A DNA stretch of 64,000 bases from Acidobacteriota bacterium (GTDB lineage: Bacteria > Actinomycetota > Acidimicrobiia > ATN3): NCBI GenBank assembly GCA_003577105.1, contig QEUQ01000001.1:6118-70117 (forward strand), in the 5' to 3' direction. Shown here one piece after another: positions 9,094 to 18,030 of this stretch (position 1 is the stretch's first letter; each line of letters opens with the position of its first letter). The position numbers and the translations under genes were made by a program. The notes under the pieces are model-generated. The model worked only from the letters and a program-made list of their open reading frames with translations, was not told the origin of the DNA and ran no database searches.

Positions 9094-10077
9094 TCAGTCC
9101 GTTCGAGTGCGGTCGTAGAGCCTCGCATTGTCGACAACAATGGCCACCGCCGGCTCAATCAGCCGCATGATTGAGAGTTCCTTTTCGGAAAAGGCATTTG
9201 CAACCGGAGCGCTGAGCGCGAGCAGCGCAACAATCTGATTCTGGGCCCTGAGCGGCATGCAGACGAAGGTAGCCAACGGATCCTCGTCTACTTCACCCTG
9301 CCCCATGTTGCCGTCAGGATCGACCATCCAGATATTTACGTCGTCGACATGTACGGGCTCGGCCGCGTAAGCCCCCATGTTCTCGGTGACGTGACTCCCC
9401 ATGGTCTCGAAATCTTCAAAGAGCACCGGCTTGTTGACAAAGATGCCAATGCTCTTCTCCTCGATGAGCGCGACTGCACCCATTGCGAAGTCCACGAAGG
9501 ATCCGATCAGCCCGAGCACCGACGCGATCAGCTCCCCGTAGTCGGAGGACTGTGTCGCCAAAGTTGAAATCTCATTTACAAGCGTCGCCTCGTACAGCTT
9601 TCGATCGAGCATGTCGCTGACGCGCGACAGAATCTCGGCGTCAGTCATCTCCGCCCGCTCTTCGTCCTCCTCACCTGGCCCCTCAGATGGCTCAGCGTTC
9701 TCCAGTGCCTCCCCCACTGCCTCCACAAGCATGGACGCATCGAAATCCTTTGAAAGGTACGCCGTCGCCCCAGTCTTGATGCCTCGATAGCGGTCGGATG
9801 CGGCGTCTTGCGAGGTGAGCATGATGAACGGAATCGCCTCGGCCGACCAGTCCTCTTTGAGAAGCCTGCACACCAGGTAGCCGTTCATCTTGGGCATCAA
9901 GATGTCGCAAATAACCAGGTCAGGGCGCTCAGAGTAGAACTTGCGGATTGCCTCGACCCCATCGTCAGCGAGTACGACGTCGTAGCCCTGCTGAGTCAGA
10001 ACGCTCTTGACGACGCGCTGAAGCGTCACCGAATCGTCTGCGATCAGTATCTTGGCACTACCCAACCGGACTAACAC
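9094..10077 (-). CDS. Response-regulator receiver domain fused to a GAF-like domain
   Basis: The N-terminal REC domain reads KILIADDSVTLQRVV...DLVICDILMPKMNGYLVCRLLK...IPFIMLTS (phospho-acceptor Asp, conserved Lys). The C-terminal ~170 aa have a GAF-like fold (VALIEEKSIGIFVNKP ... ALLALSAPVANAFSEKELSIMRLIEPAVAIVVDNARLY). The gene sits inside the che operon. Confidence 0.75.
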   Translation of the reverse strand: MLVRLGSAKILIADDSVTLQRVVKSVLTQQGYDVVLADDGVEAIRKFYSERPDLVICDILMPKMNGYLVCRLLKEDWSAEAIPFIMLTSQDAASDRYRGIKTGATAYLSKDFDASMLVEAVGEALENAEPSEGPGEEDEERAEMTDAEILSRVSDMLDRKLYEATLVNEISTLATQSSDYGELIASVLGLIGSFVDFAMGAVALIEEKSIGIFVNKPVLFEDFETMGSHVTENMGAYAAEPVHVDDVNIWMVDPDGNMGQGEVDEDPLATFVCMPLRAQNQIVALLALSAPVANAFSEKELSIMRLIEPAVAIVVDNARLYDRTRTD

Positions 10078-11167
10078 CTCTCATCTTCGACAGCACGGTC
10101 GCCGCCATCGCTCCGAGCGGAATGACCGCATCGACCGCCCCTGAATCCAACGCCGCCTTGGGCATGCCGAAAACTGCACAGCTGGCTTCATCCTGGACCC
10201 ACGTCGTGCCGCCTGAATCATGGATGGCTCGCATGCCCGTTGCACCGTCACGCCCCATGCCGGTCAGGATAACGGCAAGCACCGCCTTTCCATAAGCCGA
10301 CGCAAGGCTTTCGAACATGACATCAGCAGAAGGGCAGTGCCCGCCCACCGGCTCATTGCCCTCGAGTGCGACCCGTCCGTTGCGGACGATCATGTGCCGC
10401 CCCTCAGGTGCCACATAAACAACACCGCCCTCTATTACTTCTCCATCATCGGCAAGCTTGACCACAAGGTGAATAGACGCGGACAACCATTGGGCGAATC
10501 CCTCCGTGAACCCCTTGGCTATGTGCTGCACTACAAGAGTCGGCTTGGTGAAGTCAGCGGGCAGGCCGGCGAGAAACTGCCGCAGTGCCTGGGGCCCACC
10601 CGTCGATGCCGCTATCGCGAGGACATCGGCCTCAATCGATGGAGGCTTGATCTGCGAGCCCTCCGGCGGAATTGAGCTTCGCGCGGGGCCCACTGGCTCG
10701 ACTGGTGGTGGCGCAGCACTGGCTGGCGGTGGCCTCTCGTCACTTTGCAGTCGGCCTCGCAGATGCCGGATCACCTTCGCCCTGGCGACGATCCGGATCA
10801 GTGCCGTCAACTCCTTCGCTGCGGCCTCGAAGTCTTCAAGAGCGTTCAGCTCGGGCTTGGGGCTGACGTCAACGGCGCCGCTGGCGAGGGCCTCCATTGC
10901 GACCTCGGAACGCCCCGCCTGATCAGAGATCACAAGAATAGGCAGCGGATTGACCGCCATCAGTTCGTCGATGACCGATATTCCAGACCGACCTGGAAGA
11001 TGAATATCCATGGTCAGGACATCGGGCTCAAGGTCGGGGATCATGTCGACGACCTCCTCACCCGAGCCTGCTATTCCGACAACCTCGATGTCATCGGCGG
11101 TGCGGATCATGCGGCCTAGCAGCTCGCGGTCGGGCTTGGAGTCCTCACATATGACGACCCGTATCAA
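10058..11167 (-). CDS. cheB: CheB protein-glutamate methylesterase (REC + CheB_methylest)
   Basis: REC domain: MIRVVICEDSKPDRELL...VLTMDIHLPGRSG. Methylesterase domain: STGGPQAL...LVVQHIAKGFTEGFAQWL...LTGMGRDGATGM...VQDEASCAVFGMP. The catalytic Ser, His and Asp context is present. Confidence 0.9.
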   Translation of the reverse strand: MIRVVICEDSKPDRELLGRMIRTADDIEVVGIAGSGEEVVDMIPDLEPDVLTMDIHLPGRSGISVIDELMAVNPLPILVISDQAGRSEVAMEALASGAVDVSPKPELNALEDFEAAAKELTALIRIVARAKVIRHLRGRLQSDERPPPASAAPPPVEPVGPARSSIPPEGSQIKPPSIEADVLAIAASTGGPQALRQFLAGLPADFTKPTLVVQHIAKGFTEGFAQWLSASIHLVVKLADDGEVIEGGVVYVAPEGRHMIVRNGRVALEGNEPVGGHCPSADVMFESLASAYGKAVLAVILTGMGRDGATGMRAIHDSGGTTWVQDEASCAVFGMPKAALDSGAVDAVIPLGAMAATVLSKMRGVSPVG

Positions 11168-11170
11168 CGC

Positions 11171-13636
11171 CTATCTCCCAACAAGGCTTCGAAGCGTCTC
11201 GAGAAGCGTGGATTGGTCAAATGATGACTTGACTATGTATGCGTTCGCACCGACCTCGAGCCCGCGCCGCCGGTGCTCCTCTTTGGCAAGACTCGTGACC
11301 ATGATCACAGGGAGGTTCTCATTCTCCGAACGGGATCTGATCCCCTCGACGAGTCCAAACCCGTCTAAACGCGGCATCTCCACATCGGTAATCACGCCAT
11401 CAAACTTCTGCTGTCTGACCTTGGTCAACCCATCTGCGCCGTCGACAGCAACTTCGACCGAGTAGCCGGCTGCCTCAAAAATCGACCGCAACATTTCTCT
11501 GATTGCGAGGGAGTCATCCACAACCAGGATCCGTGCCGGGCGGGCCCCAGCTGCGCTGAGGCCGGTGCGCCGCTGTACCGGCGCAGCTGAGCTGCCGAGT
11601 GGTCGCCGGGCAGTGTCGATCAGTTCATAGGGATCGAGCACAAGGATTACCCGACCGTCTCCAAGAATCGATGCGCCGGCCACATGGCGCATTCGAGGGA
11701 GAAACGATCCAAGTCCCTTGATTACCACTTCCTGCTGGCCGATCAGCTCACCGACCCGGAATGCGACTCGGCGAGTCGCCGTTGCGATCACCACCACCGG
11801 CCCGTCCGGTATCTCATCTTCAGGCAAGGACAGGACCTTGTGGAGCGGAACAAGCGAGGTTGTCTGGTCTCGCAGTACCACGGCCTCGCGCCCGCCGACG
11901 TTCTGTACGTCGTGCTCGGGGACACCGACAACTTCCTCAACGGCCGAGACCGGGATCGCGAACTCCTGCCCTCCGATATTCACCAAGATTGCTTCGATGA
12001 TTGCGAGAGTTATCGGGAGGGTGATCGAAAAGACGGTCCCGTCGCCGGGAACCGAATCGATGTCAACAGTTCCCTTGAGCCGATCAACTGCCTCCTTGAC
12101 CACATCGAGCCCGACGCCGCGCCCTGACGTGTCGGTGACAATTCCAGCAGTGGAGAACCCGGCCTTGAAGAGAAGTGCAAGAGCCTCCTGGTTGGATAGC
12201 TCATCCCCCTCGTCGATCAGTCCCTTCCTAACCGCGCTCGCCTTGACGGCCTCCGGCGAAATTCCGCGGCCGTCATCGCGCACCTCGATCACTACCTGCC
12301 TGCCCTGTTGACGAGCAGTAACAGTGAGCGAGCCTCGTCGGGGCTTGCCGGAAGCCTCGCGCTCTTCAGGCGGCTCAATGCCGTGATCAACGGCGTTGAT
12401 CAGGAGATGCCGGATCGGGTCAACGATCTGTTCGAGTACTTGCTTGTCGAGTTCTGTCCCCCCGCCGTCGAGTTGGAGATCGACTTCCTTGCCCAACTCA
12501 CGACAGAGATTCCGGATCAGACGAGGGAATGGAGCAAATATGGATGCCGTCGGGAGCATCGCGAGGCGCATCGACTGCTCCTGGAGACGATCAAGGCCGC
12601 GGCTTTGACCGCGAAGTGTCTCGGCCAACTGGGCAGACAAGACTCCGACCCGCTCTCGCAGTTCGTCGAGGATCCCGACAAGCTCCGGATCGCCCTCTTT
12701 GTGCCTCATCCGGCGAAGCCGGCCCTCGAGCGAGCGCATTGTTTCCGTCAGACCCTTGGAGACCTCCTCAAGGCGGACCTCACCGATTACAACCTCACCG
12801 ACCTGATCGATCAGCTCATAGAGCTTCCCGGCCTCAATCCTGATTGACTGCCCGATCGGGTTGACGAAGCCCTCGTTTCTCGCTCCGGCAGGTCCGGCCG
12901 GAGCCTCTTCGGCCTCCGCCGCGAGCACCTCTATTGCGCTGTCGGCCGGAACCTCGATCTCAGCCGAGTCGCTAGGCGAAACCACATCGTCGTCGTGGGA
13001 GACAGCTCGTCGTTCTCCGGAAATCCTTGCTGCCCCAAGGAGCGATGCTCCCTGCTCGCCTCCGCCACCCTTGGCATCTGAAATGTCGCCGGAAGCAGGC
13101 GTGGTCGCGCTCTCCTCGCTCGAAGACGACTGCTTTCGCATGAGACGCCCTGGGCTAGTTGGGATTTCGCGCGGCGGAGATTTCTCTTTCGTCGTTGAAG
13201 GTGGGGCTGGCTTGGGAGCGGTAGTAGGGGGCGGCTGGAATCCCGCACCAGGTCTCGCCGCCTCGAGGCGGCCGAGCAGCGCCTCTGCAGCCGGAGGCAA
13301 GGTGGAAGGGTCTTCGCCATCGTCGAGCAGACCGAGAATTGCGTCTGAGGATTCGAGGAGAAGGTCGGCGAGATCGCCGGTCAGGGGGAGCTGCCCTTCC
13401 TTGACGTCACCGAGAACATCCTCCATGCGGTGAGCAACCTCTTTGACGGCCCCGAAGCCCATCATCTTCGCCGAGCCCTTGATCGTGTGGGCATCACGGA
13501 ATATCGCGTTCATCACATCGATGTTGTCAGGCTGGGATTCGAGCTGAAGCAGGCCTGACTGCAGCGAGGAGAGGCGCTCACCCACCTCGGTCTTGAACGT
13601 CGCGAGAAGTCCCTCGTCCTGAATCCAGGTGCTCAT
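11171..13636 (-). CDS. cheA: CheA histidine kinase fused to a C-terminal receiver (FrzE-type CheA-CheY hybrid)
   Basis: Hpt domain (IFRDAHTIKGSAKMMGF), a long Pro/Ser/Ala-rich linker, dimerisation plus HATPase_c (LINAVDHGIE...DDGRGIS...GRGVGLDVV), a CheW-like domain, then a REC domain (ARILVVDDSLAIREMLRSIF...VITDVEMPRLDGFGLV...IMVTSLAKEE...AYIVKS). Confidence 0.9.
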   Translation of the reverse strand: MSTWIQDEGLLATFKTEVGERLSSLQSGLLQLESQPDNIDVMNAIFRDAHTIKGSAKMMGFGAVKEVAHRMEDVLGDVKEGQLPLTGDLADLLLESSDAILGLLDDGEDPSTLPPAAEALLGRLEAARPGAGFQPPPTTAPKPAPPSTTKEKSPPREIPTSPGRLMRKQSSSSEESATTPASGDISDAKGGGGEQGASLLGAARISGERRAVSHDDDVVSPSDSAEIEVPADSAIEVLAAEAEEAPAGPAGARNEGFVNPIGQSIRIEAGKLYELIDQVGEVVIGEVRLEEVSKGLTETMRSLEGRLRRMRHKEGDPELVGILDELRERVGVLSAQLAETLRGQSRGLDRLQEQSMRLAMLPTASIFAPFPRLIRNLCRELGKEVDLQLDGGGTELDKQVLEQIVDPIRHLLINAVDHGIEPPEEREASGKPRRGSLTVTARQQGRQVVIEVRDDGRGISPEAVKASAVRKGLIDEGDELSNQEALALLFKAGFSTAGIVTDTSGRGVGLDVVKEAVDRLKGTVDIDSVPGDGTVFSITLPITLAIIEAILVNIGGQEFAIPVSAVEEVVGVPEHDVQNVGGREAVVLRDQTTSLVPLHKVLSLPEDEIPDGPVVVIATATRRVAFRVGELIGQQEVVIKGLGSFLPRMRHVAGASILGDGRVILVLDPYELIDTARRPLGSSAAPVQRRTGLSAAGARPARILVVDDSLAIREMLRSIFEAAGYSVEVAVDGADGLTKVRQQKFDGVITDVEMPRLDGFGLVEGIRSRSENENLPVIMVTSLAKEEHRRRGLEVGANAYIVKSSFDQSTLLETLRSLVGR

Positions 13637-13646
13637 GGAGATCCGA

Positions 13647-14120
13647 TCATGCGACTGCCTCTTCGAGGCGGGTTCTGAGCGAAATCAGAATCGCGGGATC
13701 GATGATCGCTATCACCGAGTCGTCGCTCCTCAAGTGACCGACCAGGTACGGGCGGAGTCCTTCAGGCAGTCCGGCAAGCGGCGGATCCAGGCCCTCTTCG
13801 CCAAGTGGTACCACGCCTTCGACGGCGTCTACGAGAAGTCCGGCGAGCATGTCATCGTGAGAGAGGATCAGCATTCGGTGACCGGAAAGAACTTCGTCAC
13901 CGCCCTCTAGATCAAACAGTGCGTGCAGATCGAGCAGAGCGACGATGTTGCCCCGCAAACTGCAGACACCGACGACGAAGCGGTCCGTCCCCGGTATGGG
14001 GGTAACCGGCGGCACACGTCCGATCTCACGCACTGCATCGAGAGAAATGCCATATCGCTCACCCCCGAGTTTGAAGACGACGAAGCCTGATGGCATTTCT
14101 TCTGAGATCTCCCCTGACAC
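13647..14120 (-). CDS. cheW: CheW-like coupling protein (first gene of the che operon)
   Basis: CheW domain: FVVFKLGGERYGISLDAVREIGRVPPVTPIPGTDRFVVGVCSLRGNIVALLDLHALF. Confidence 0.85.
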   Translation of the reverse strand: MSGEISEEMPSGFVVFKLGGERYGISLDAVREIGRVPPVTPIPGTDRFVVGVCSLRGNIVALLDLHALFDLEGGDEVLSGHRMLILSHDDMLAGLLVDAVEGVVPLGEEGLDPPLAGLPEGLRPYLVGHLRSDDSVIAIIDPAILISLRTRLEEAVA

Positions 14121-14143
14121 TGCTGACAGACCTACCTAGTATC

Positions 14144-14160
14144 GGCCCGCGAGAGCGGGC
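14144..14160 (-). terminator. GC hairpin (GGCCCGC-gaga-GCGGGC) between the guaA stop and the cheW start. Possibly a terminator or attenuator without a U-tract
   Basis: A perfect 6-7 bp stem with a 4-nt loop lies in the 58-bp gap downstream of guaA on the minus strand. No T-run follows it. Confidence 0.3.
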
Positions 14161-14178
14161 TGTTGAGAGTCACAATCT

Positions 14179-15750
14179 TCATTCCCACTCAATAGTCGCT
14201 GGCGGCTTTGAGCTTATGTCGTAGGCCACGCGGTTCACACCCGGCACTTCGTTGATTATTCGCGATGAGACCTTCTCCAGCAGCTCATACGGGAGCCTGG
14301 CCCAGTCCGCCGTCATCGCGTCATCACTGGTTACAGCCCTGATGATGATCGGATAGGCGTAAGTGCGCTCGTCTCCCATGACCCCAACCGACTTGATCGC
14401 CGGGAGTACGGCAAAGCTCTGCCAAAGCTCCCGGTATAGCCCCGCGGTCCTCACCTCCTCGAGCAAGACCGCGTCGGCGTGCCTGAGAATTTCGAGCCGC
14501 TCATGGGTCACGTCGCCGATGATTCTCACCGCTAGTCCGGGGCCGGGAAATGGCTGGCGCCAGACGATTTCCTCTGGAAGGCCGAGCTCCTCGCCCACGA
14601 CCCGCACCTCATCTTTGAAGAGGTCTCGCAGCGGCTCGACCAACTCGAATTTCATATCGTCGGGAAGCCCCCCAACGTTGTGGTGGCTCTTGATCTTTGC
14701 GGCGTCCTTCGTACCAGACTCGATGATGTCTGGATACAGGGTGCCCTGTACGAGAAATGGCGCTGTGTCGAGCGCTTCTCCATCAGGGCCGAGTGATGCG
14801 TCGTGTGCTACTTCTTCAAAGACTCTGATGAAGGTCTCGCCGATGATCTTGCGCTTGGCTTCGGGATCGGTCACGCCCGCGAGTCTCTCGAGAAACCGGT
14901 CTGCGGACTTCGCTTCGACAAGGTTGAAGCCCATCCGATTTCGGAATGTGTCAACGACCTTCTCAGGTTCGTCTCGGCGCATCAGACCGTGGTCGACAAA
15001 GACGCAGGTCAGCTGCTCGCCGACTGCCTTGTGCACAAGCGCGGCCGCGACGGCGGAATCGACCCCGCCCGATAGTCCGCAGATGATCCTGTCCCCGCCA
15101 ACACGAGCTCGAATTTCGGCGATGGACTGCTCGATCACCGATACCATCGTCCAAGTGGGCTGGGCTCCGCATACATCAAACAGAAATCGCTTGAGGATCT
15201 CTTGCCCTCGTTCGGAGTGCGCAACCTCGGGGTGAAATTGAACGCCGAAAAAGCCACGCTCGCGATCTTCGAACGCTGCCACCGGTACTGCCGCGGTCGT
15301 GGCAGTTACATCGAAACCTGGTGGCACCTCGACTATCGAATCTCCGTGGCTCATCCAAACAACCTGTTGGCCCGGAAGCTCACGAAAGAGAGGGGAGCTC
15401 GACGTCACATCGATCTCGGTGCGCCCGTATTCTCCTGTACCTGTTCGAGAAACGGATCCACCAAGATCTCTGGCCATCAGCTGTGCGCCATAGCAAATTC
15501 CCAAGATCGGCACACCTGTGTCAAATACAGCATTGTCAACCGACGGAGCCCCCTCGACATGAACGGACTTGGGACCTCCGGAGAAGATGACTCCCTTGGG
15601 CCTGACTGCGCGGATCCGCTCCGCAAGGCCTTCGCGAGGAACGATCTCGGAGTAGACCTTGGCCTCTCGCACGCGCCTGGCAATCAGCTGTGCGTACTGC
15701 GCACCGAAATCGACAACGAGAATGGTGTCGAATTCAGCGGACTTGGCCAC
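14179..15750 (-). CDS. guaA: GMP synthase (glutamine-hydrolysing)
   Basis: N-terminal class I GATase ([20 protein letters not shown]...[10 protein letters not shown]), an ATP-PPase SGGVDS motif, and the C-terminal dimerisation domain ending ...PPATIEWE. Confidence 0.95.
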   Translation of the reverse strand: MAKSAEFDTILVVDFGAQYAQLIARRVREAKVYSEIVPREGLAERIRAVRPKGVIFSGGPKSVHVEGAPSVDNAVFDTGVPILGICYGAQLMARDLGGSVSRTGTGEYGRTEIDVTSSSPLFRELPGQQVVWMSHGDSIVEVPPGFDVTATTAAVPVAAFEDRERGFFGVQFHPEVAHSERGQEILKRFLFDVCGAQPTWTMVSVIEQSIAEIRARVGGDRIICGLSGGVDSAVAAALVHKAVGEQLTCVFVDHGLMRRDEPEKVVDTFRNRMGFNLVEAKSADRFLERLAGVTDPEAKRKIIGETFIRVFEEVAHDASLGPDGEALDTAPFLVQGTLYPDIIESGTKDAAKIKSHHNVGGLPDDMKFELVEPLRDLFKDEVRVVGEELGLPEEIVWRQPFPGPGLAVRIIGDVTHERLEILRHADAVLLEEVRTAGLYRELWQSFAVLPAIKSVGVMGDERTYAYPIIIRAVTSDDAMTADWARLPYELLEKVSSRIINEVPGVNRVAYDISSKPPATIEWE

Positions 15751-15782
15751 AGAGCACGCCTTCCCTACCGCAACATCTGCCG

Positions 15783-15813
15783 CCCGAATCGGATGATCCG
15801 GATCGGATTCGGG
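15783..15813. promoter_or_regulatory. Inverted repeat CCCGAATC-N15-GATTCGGG with a nested palindrome GATCCGGATC, upstream of guaA
   Basis: An 8-bp perfect stem flanks a 15-nt loop that itself holds a 10-bp perfect palindrome. It lies in the 123-bp gap between the YVTN gene stop and the guaA start. Confidence 0.3.
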
Positions 15814-15873
15814 TCAACCTCGGACTATGACCAAGACTACTCTCTAGCGCGTCTTGGGTTTCAATGCAGCGGG

Positions 15874-17727
15874 CTAGCCCGGGTATCCAGTCACGGCGGT
15901 GTCGAGCAGGAATGCCGGATAGACCATGCCGGAGGCACGATTCACGCCGACTTCTACCGGCAGTAGTCCGGCAATTGATCCGACCTGGGTGAAGCCAGTT
16001 GTCTCGTAGACGAAGACTGCTCCATCTTGGTGAGATGAGACATAGATCTTCGAGCCATCGTTGCTGACTTTGACCGAAACGACCTCTCTTCCGATTGGCA
16101 CGCTTGCGATCAAGCTTGACGTGGCGAGATCCACAACTGAGAGATCTCCGGATTCGAGGTTGGATGTGTATAGACGGCCCGTTCCGGGGTGTACGGCAAC
16201 CTCGAGTGGGCTCTGCCCAACCGAAATCGTGTTGACCACCGAATTGGTGGCTCCGTCAAAGACAACCACCTGATCCTGGTTCTCGTCAGTGATATAGACC
16301 AAATTGTTTGCCTCGTCAACGGTTACGTCGGCCGGCGCCCACCCGACTGGGTATTCCCCGATGACGGCATTTGTTACCCCGTCGATTACCCCCAGACTTC
16401 CGCCAAAGGTCTTCGCGAAGTAAACCCGGTTGGTGTTCCGATTCACGTCAAGCCCTCTTGGGAGGGCAAAGCCGAGATCTATCTGGGTGATCATGGCGTT
16501 GCTTGCCGCGTCGATGACGCTGATCTTGCTCTCCTCAAATTGCGACGCGTAGACACGCCCAGTTGTCTCATTGGAGGCAATTCCCCAAGGGAATGTCTTG
16601 CCGACTGCATGGTCCGCGACCTTCACACCTGTCGAAAGGCTCACTATCGGCAACGTCGGTGTTGGGAGACCGGGGAAGCCCCACCTTCCGACATACATCT
16701 TGCCCAGCGCGTTGTTCACGTTGACTGCAATTGGGAATTCGCCAACCGAATATGTTGGATTGGCCGCGCCTGAGCCATCGAGCGTCGAAACCGTGTTCGA
16801 TCCCGTATTCGCCACATAGACACGATTGAGAAGAGTGTCGATGCTCACTCCCCAAGGTGAGTTCTCGACGGCAACGGTGCTCGAGACCGTAAGCGTGGCA
16901 CCATCTATCACGGTCACGTTGTTTGAGCCCGAATTCGTGACGTACGCGTACCCGGTGAGCGAGTTCACTGCTACCCCCGCCGGGCTCGTGCCGACTGGGA
17001 TCGTGGCAACCACCGCGTTCGTGACCCCATCGATCACCGAGACCGTGTTACTTGCCACGTTGGCTACGTAGATCCGATTCGCAACCATGTCGGCTGCGAC
17101 ACCTCGCGGATTCGATCCCACGACTACGGTAGCCAATGTCGCGTACGTGTCCCCGTCGATGACCGTGACTTGGTTCTGCTGGTGGCTCGACGCGTAGACC
17201 CGTCCGGTCGCCGAATTCACCCCGATGCCGCGGGGTCGCCGCCCCGCGGTGATCGAAGCAATCAGCGTGTCGGTGGCGCCGTCGATTACACCCACGTTGT
17301 CCGACTGAAAATTGGCCGTGTAGATCTTATTTCTCGACTCATCGACCGCCACCCCCCAGGGCTGCTTGCCAACTTCGAAAGTCTTCGAAACGGTCCAGGT
17401 ATCGCCATCAACCACCGCCAATGAATCCATCGATCGGAGTGCGATGTAGTACTTGTTGGTCACGGTGTTGACGGCGACAGAAGCCGGAGCCGCCGGCAGC
17501 GCAATCGTGGCCACTACCGTGTGTGTCTGAATGTCAATCACCGACGCGGAAGTCTCGCCGCTATTCGCCGCGAGGGCGTATCGGGTGTTAGGGTTTGCCG
17601 CGACTCCTTCTGGTGCCACCCCGACGGGGATGCTCACGGCGGCGTTGGCAACGGTCGGCCACAAGCCGAGTAGAAGGATCGTCACAGCGAGCAGAGCCGC
17701 GACGGCTCTCGCCTCGCGCACGACCAA
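15874..17727 (-). CDS. Secreted YVTN-family beta-propeller repeat protein (about 12 repeats of ~40 aa)
   Basis: Many repeats of the form ...N.VYVAN.GSNTVSVID..T..VVATI.VG..P.GVAV.... A signal peptide (RAVAALLAVTILLLGLWPTVANA, AxA cleavage site) follows a TTG start at 17727. The longest ORF extends to 17862. Confidence 0.75.
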   Translation of the reverse strand: MVVREARAVAALLAVTILLLGLWPTVANAAVSIPVGVAPEGVAANPNTRYALAANSGETSASVIDIQTHTVVATIALPAAPASVAVNTVTNKYYIALRSMDSLAVVDGDTWTVSKTFEVGKQPWGVAVDESRNKIYTANFQSDNVGVIDGATDTLIASITAGRRPRGIGVNSATGRVYASSHQQNQVTVIDGDTYATLATVVVGSNPRGVAADMVANRIYVANVASNTVSVIDGVTNAVVATIPVGTSPAGVAVNSLTGYAYVTNSGSNNVTVIDGATLTVSSTVAVENSPWGVSIDTLLNRVYVANTGSNTVSTLDGSGAANPTYSVGEFPIAVNVNNALGKMYVGRWGFPGLPTPTLPIVSLSTGVKVADHAVGKTFPWGIASNETTGRVYASQFEESKISVIDAASNAMITQIDLGFALPRGLDVNRNTNRVYFAKTFGGSLGVIDGVTNAVIGEYPVGWAPADVTVDEANNLVYITDENQDQVVVFDGATNSVVNTISVGQSPLEVAVHPGTGRLYTSNLESGDLSVVDLATSSLIASVPIGREVVSVKVSNDGSKIYVSSHQDGAVFVYETTGFTQVGSIAGLLPVEVGVNRASGMVYPAFLLDTAVTGYPG

Positions 17728-18030
17728 AGCCTGGCGGAGACTAAGTGTCAACGCATATGTTCGGCGCCGGTCCCCTGCCACAGCTGATCGTCTCAGCTCT
17801 AAATCGCTCGCTGCTTGTGGCACTCGCTCGCTACCCCTTGTTGTAACTGCCCGGCATCGCACAGAAATGTGCTGAAAACTTCATGGTTCCATCGACTCCG
17901 AACACCGGCACTTAAGTACAGATTCCCTGGTACCGGTAGATCTGGACGTACCCAAACTGATGGGTAATACCGTGAGCTGGGATTTCGCGGGCACACGGTA
18001 CCGAAGTACCATGAAAAAGGTCCTAAAGGA

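Noticed and set aside
6949-14120. Looked for a methyl-accepting chemotaxis protein (the highly conserved signalling hairpin, HAMP) or a stand-alone CheY inside or next to the che operon.
   Set aside because: No ORF on either strand in or around the operon carries the MCP signalling-domain signature. The only receiver domains are fused ones (CheA, CheB, REC-GAF). I recorded this as an absence. It does not prove the genome lacks them.
14363-15235. A 290-aa ORF on the plus strand inside guaA. Similar long antisense ORFs occur elsewhere: 12861-13433 and 11718-12311 inside cheA, 28802-29917 across udg/alr, and 30757-31605 inside nnr.
   Set aside because: These are antisense shadow ORFs, which are typical of high-GC DNA. 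Each lies entirely within a confidently identified gene on the opposite strand. Their products are low-complexity (Ser/Pro/Arg/Ala-rich) and have no recognisable motifs.
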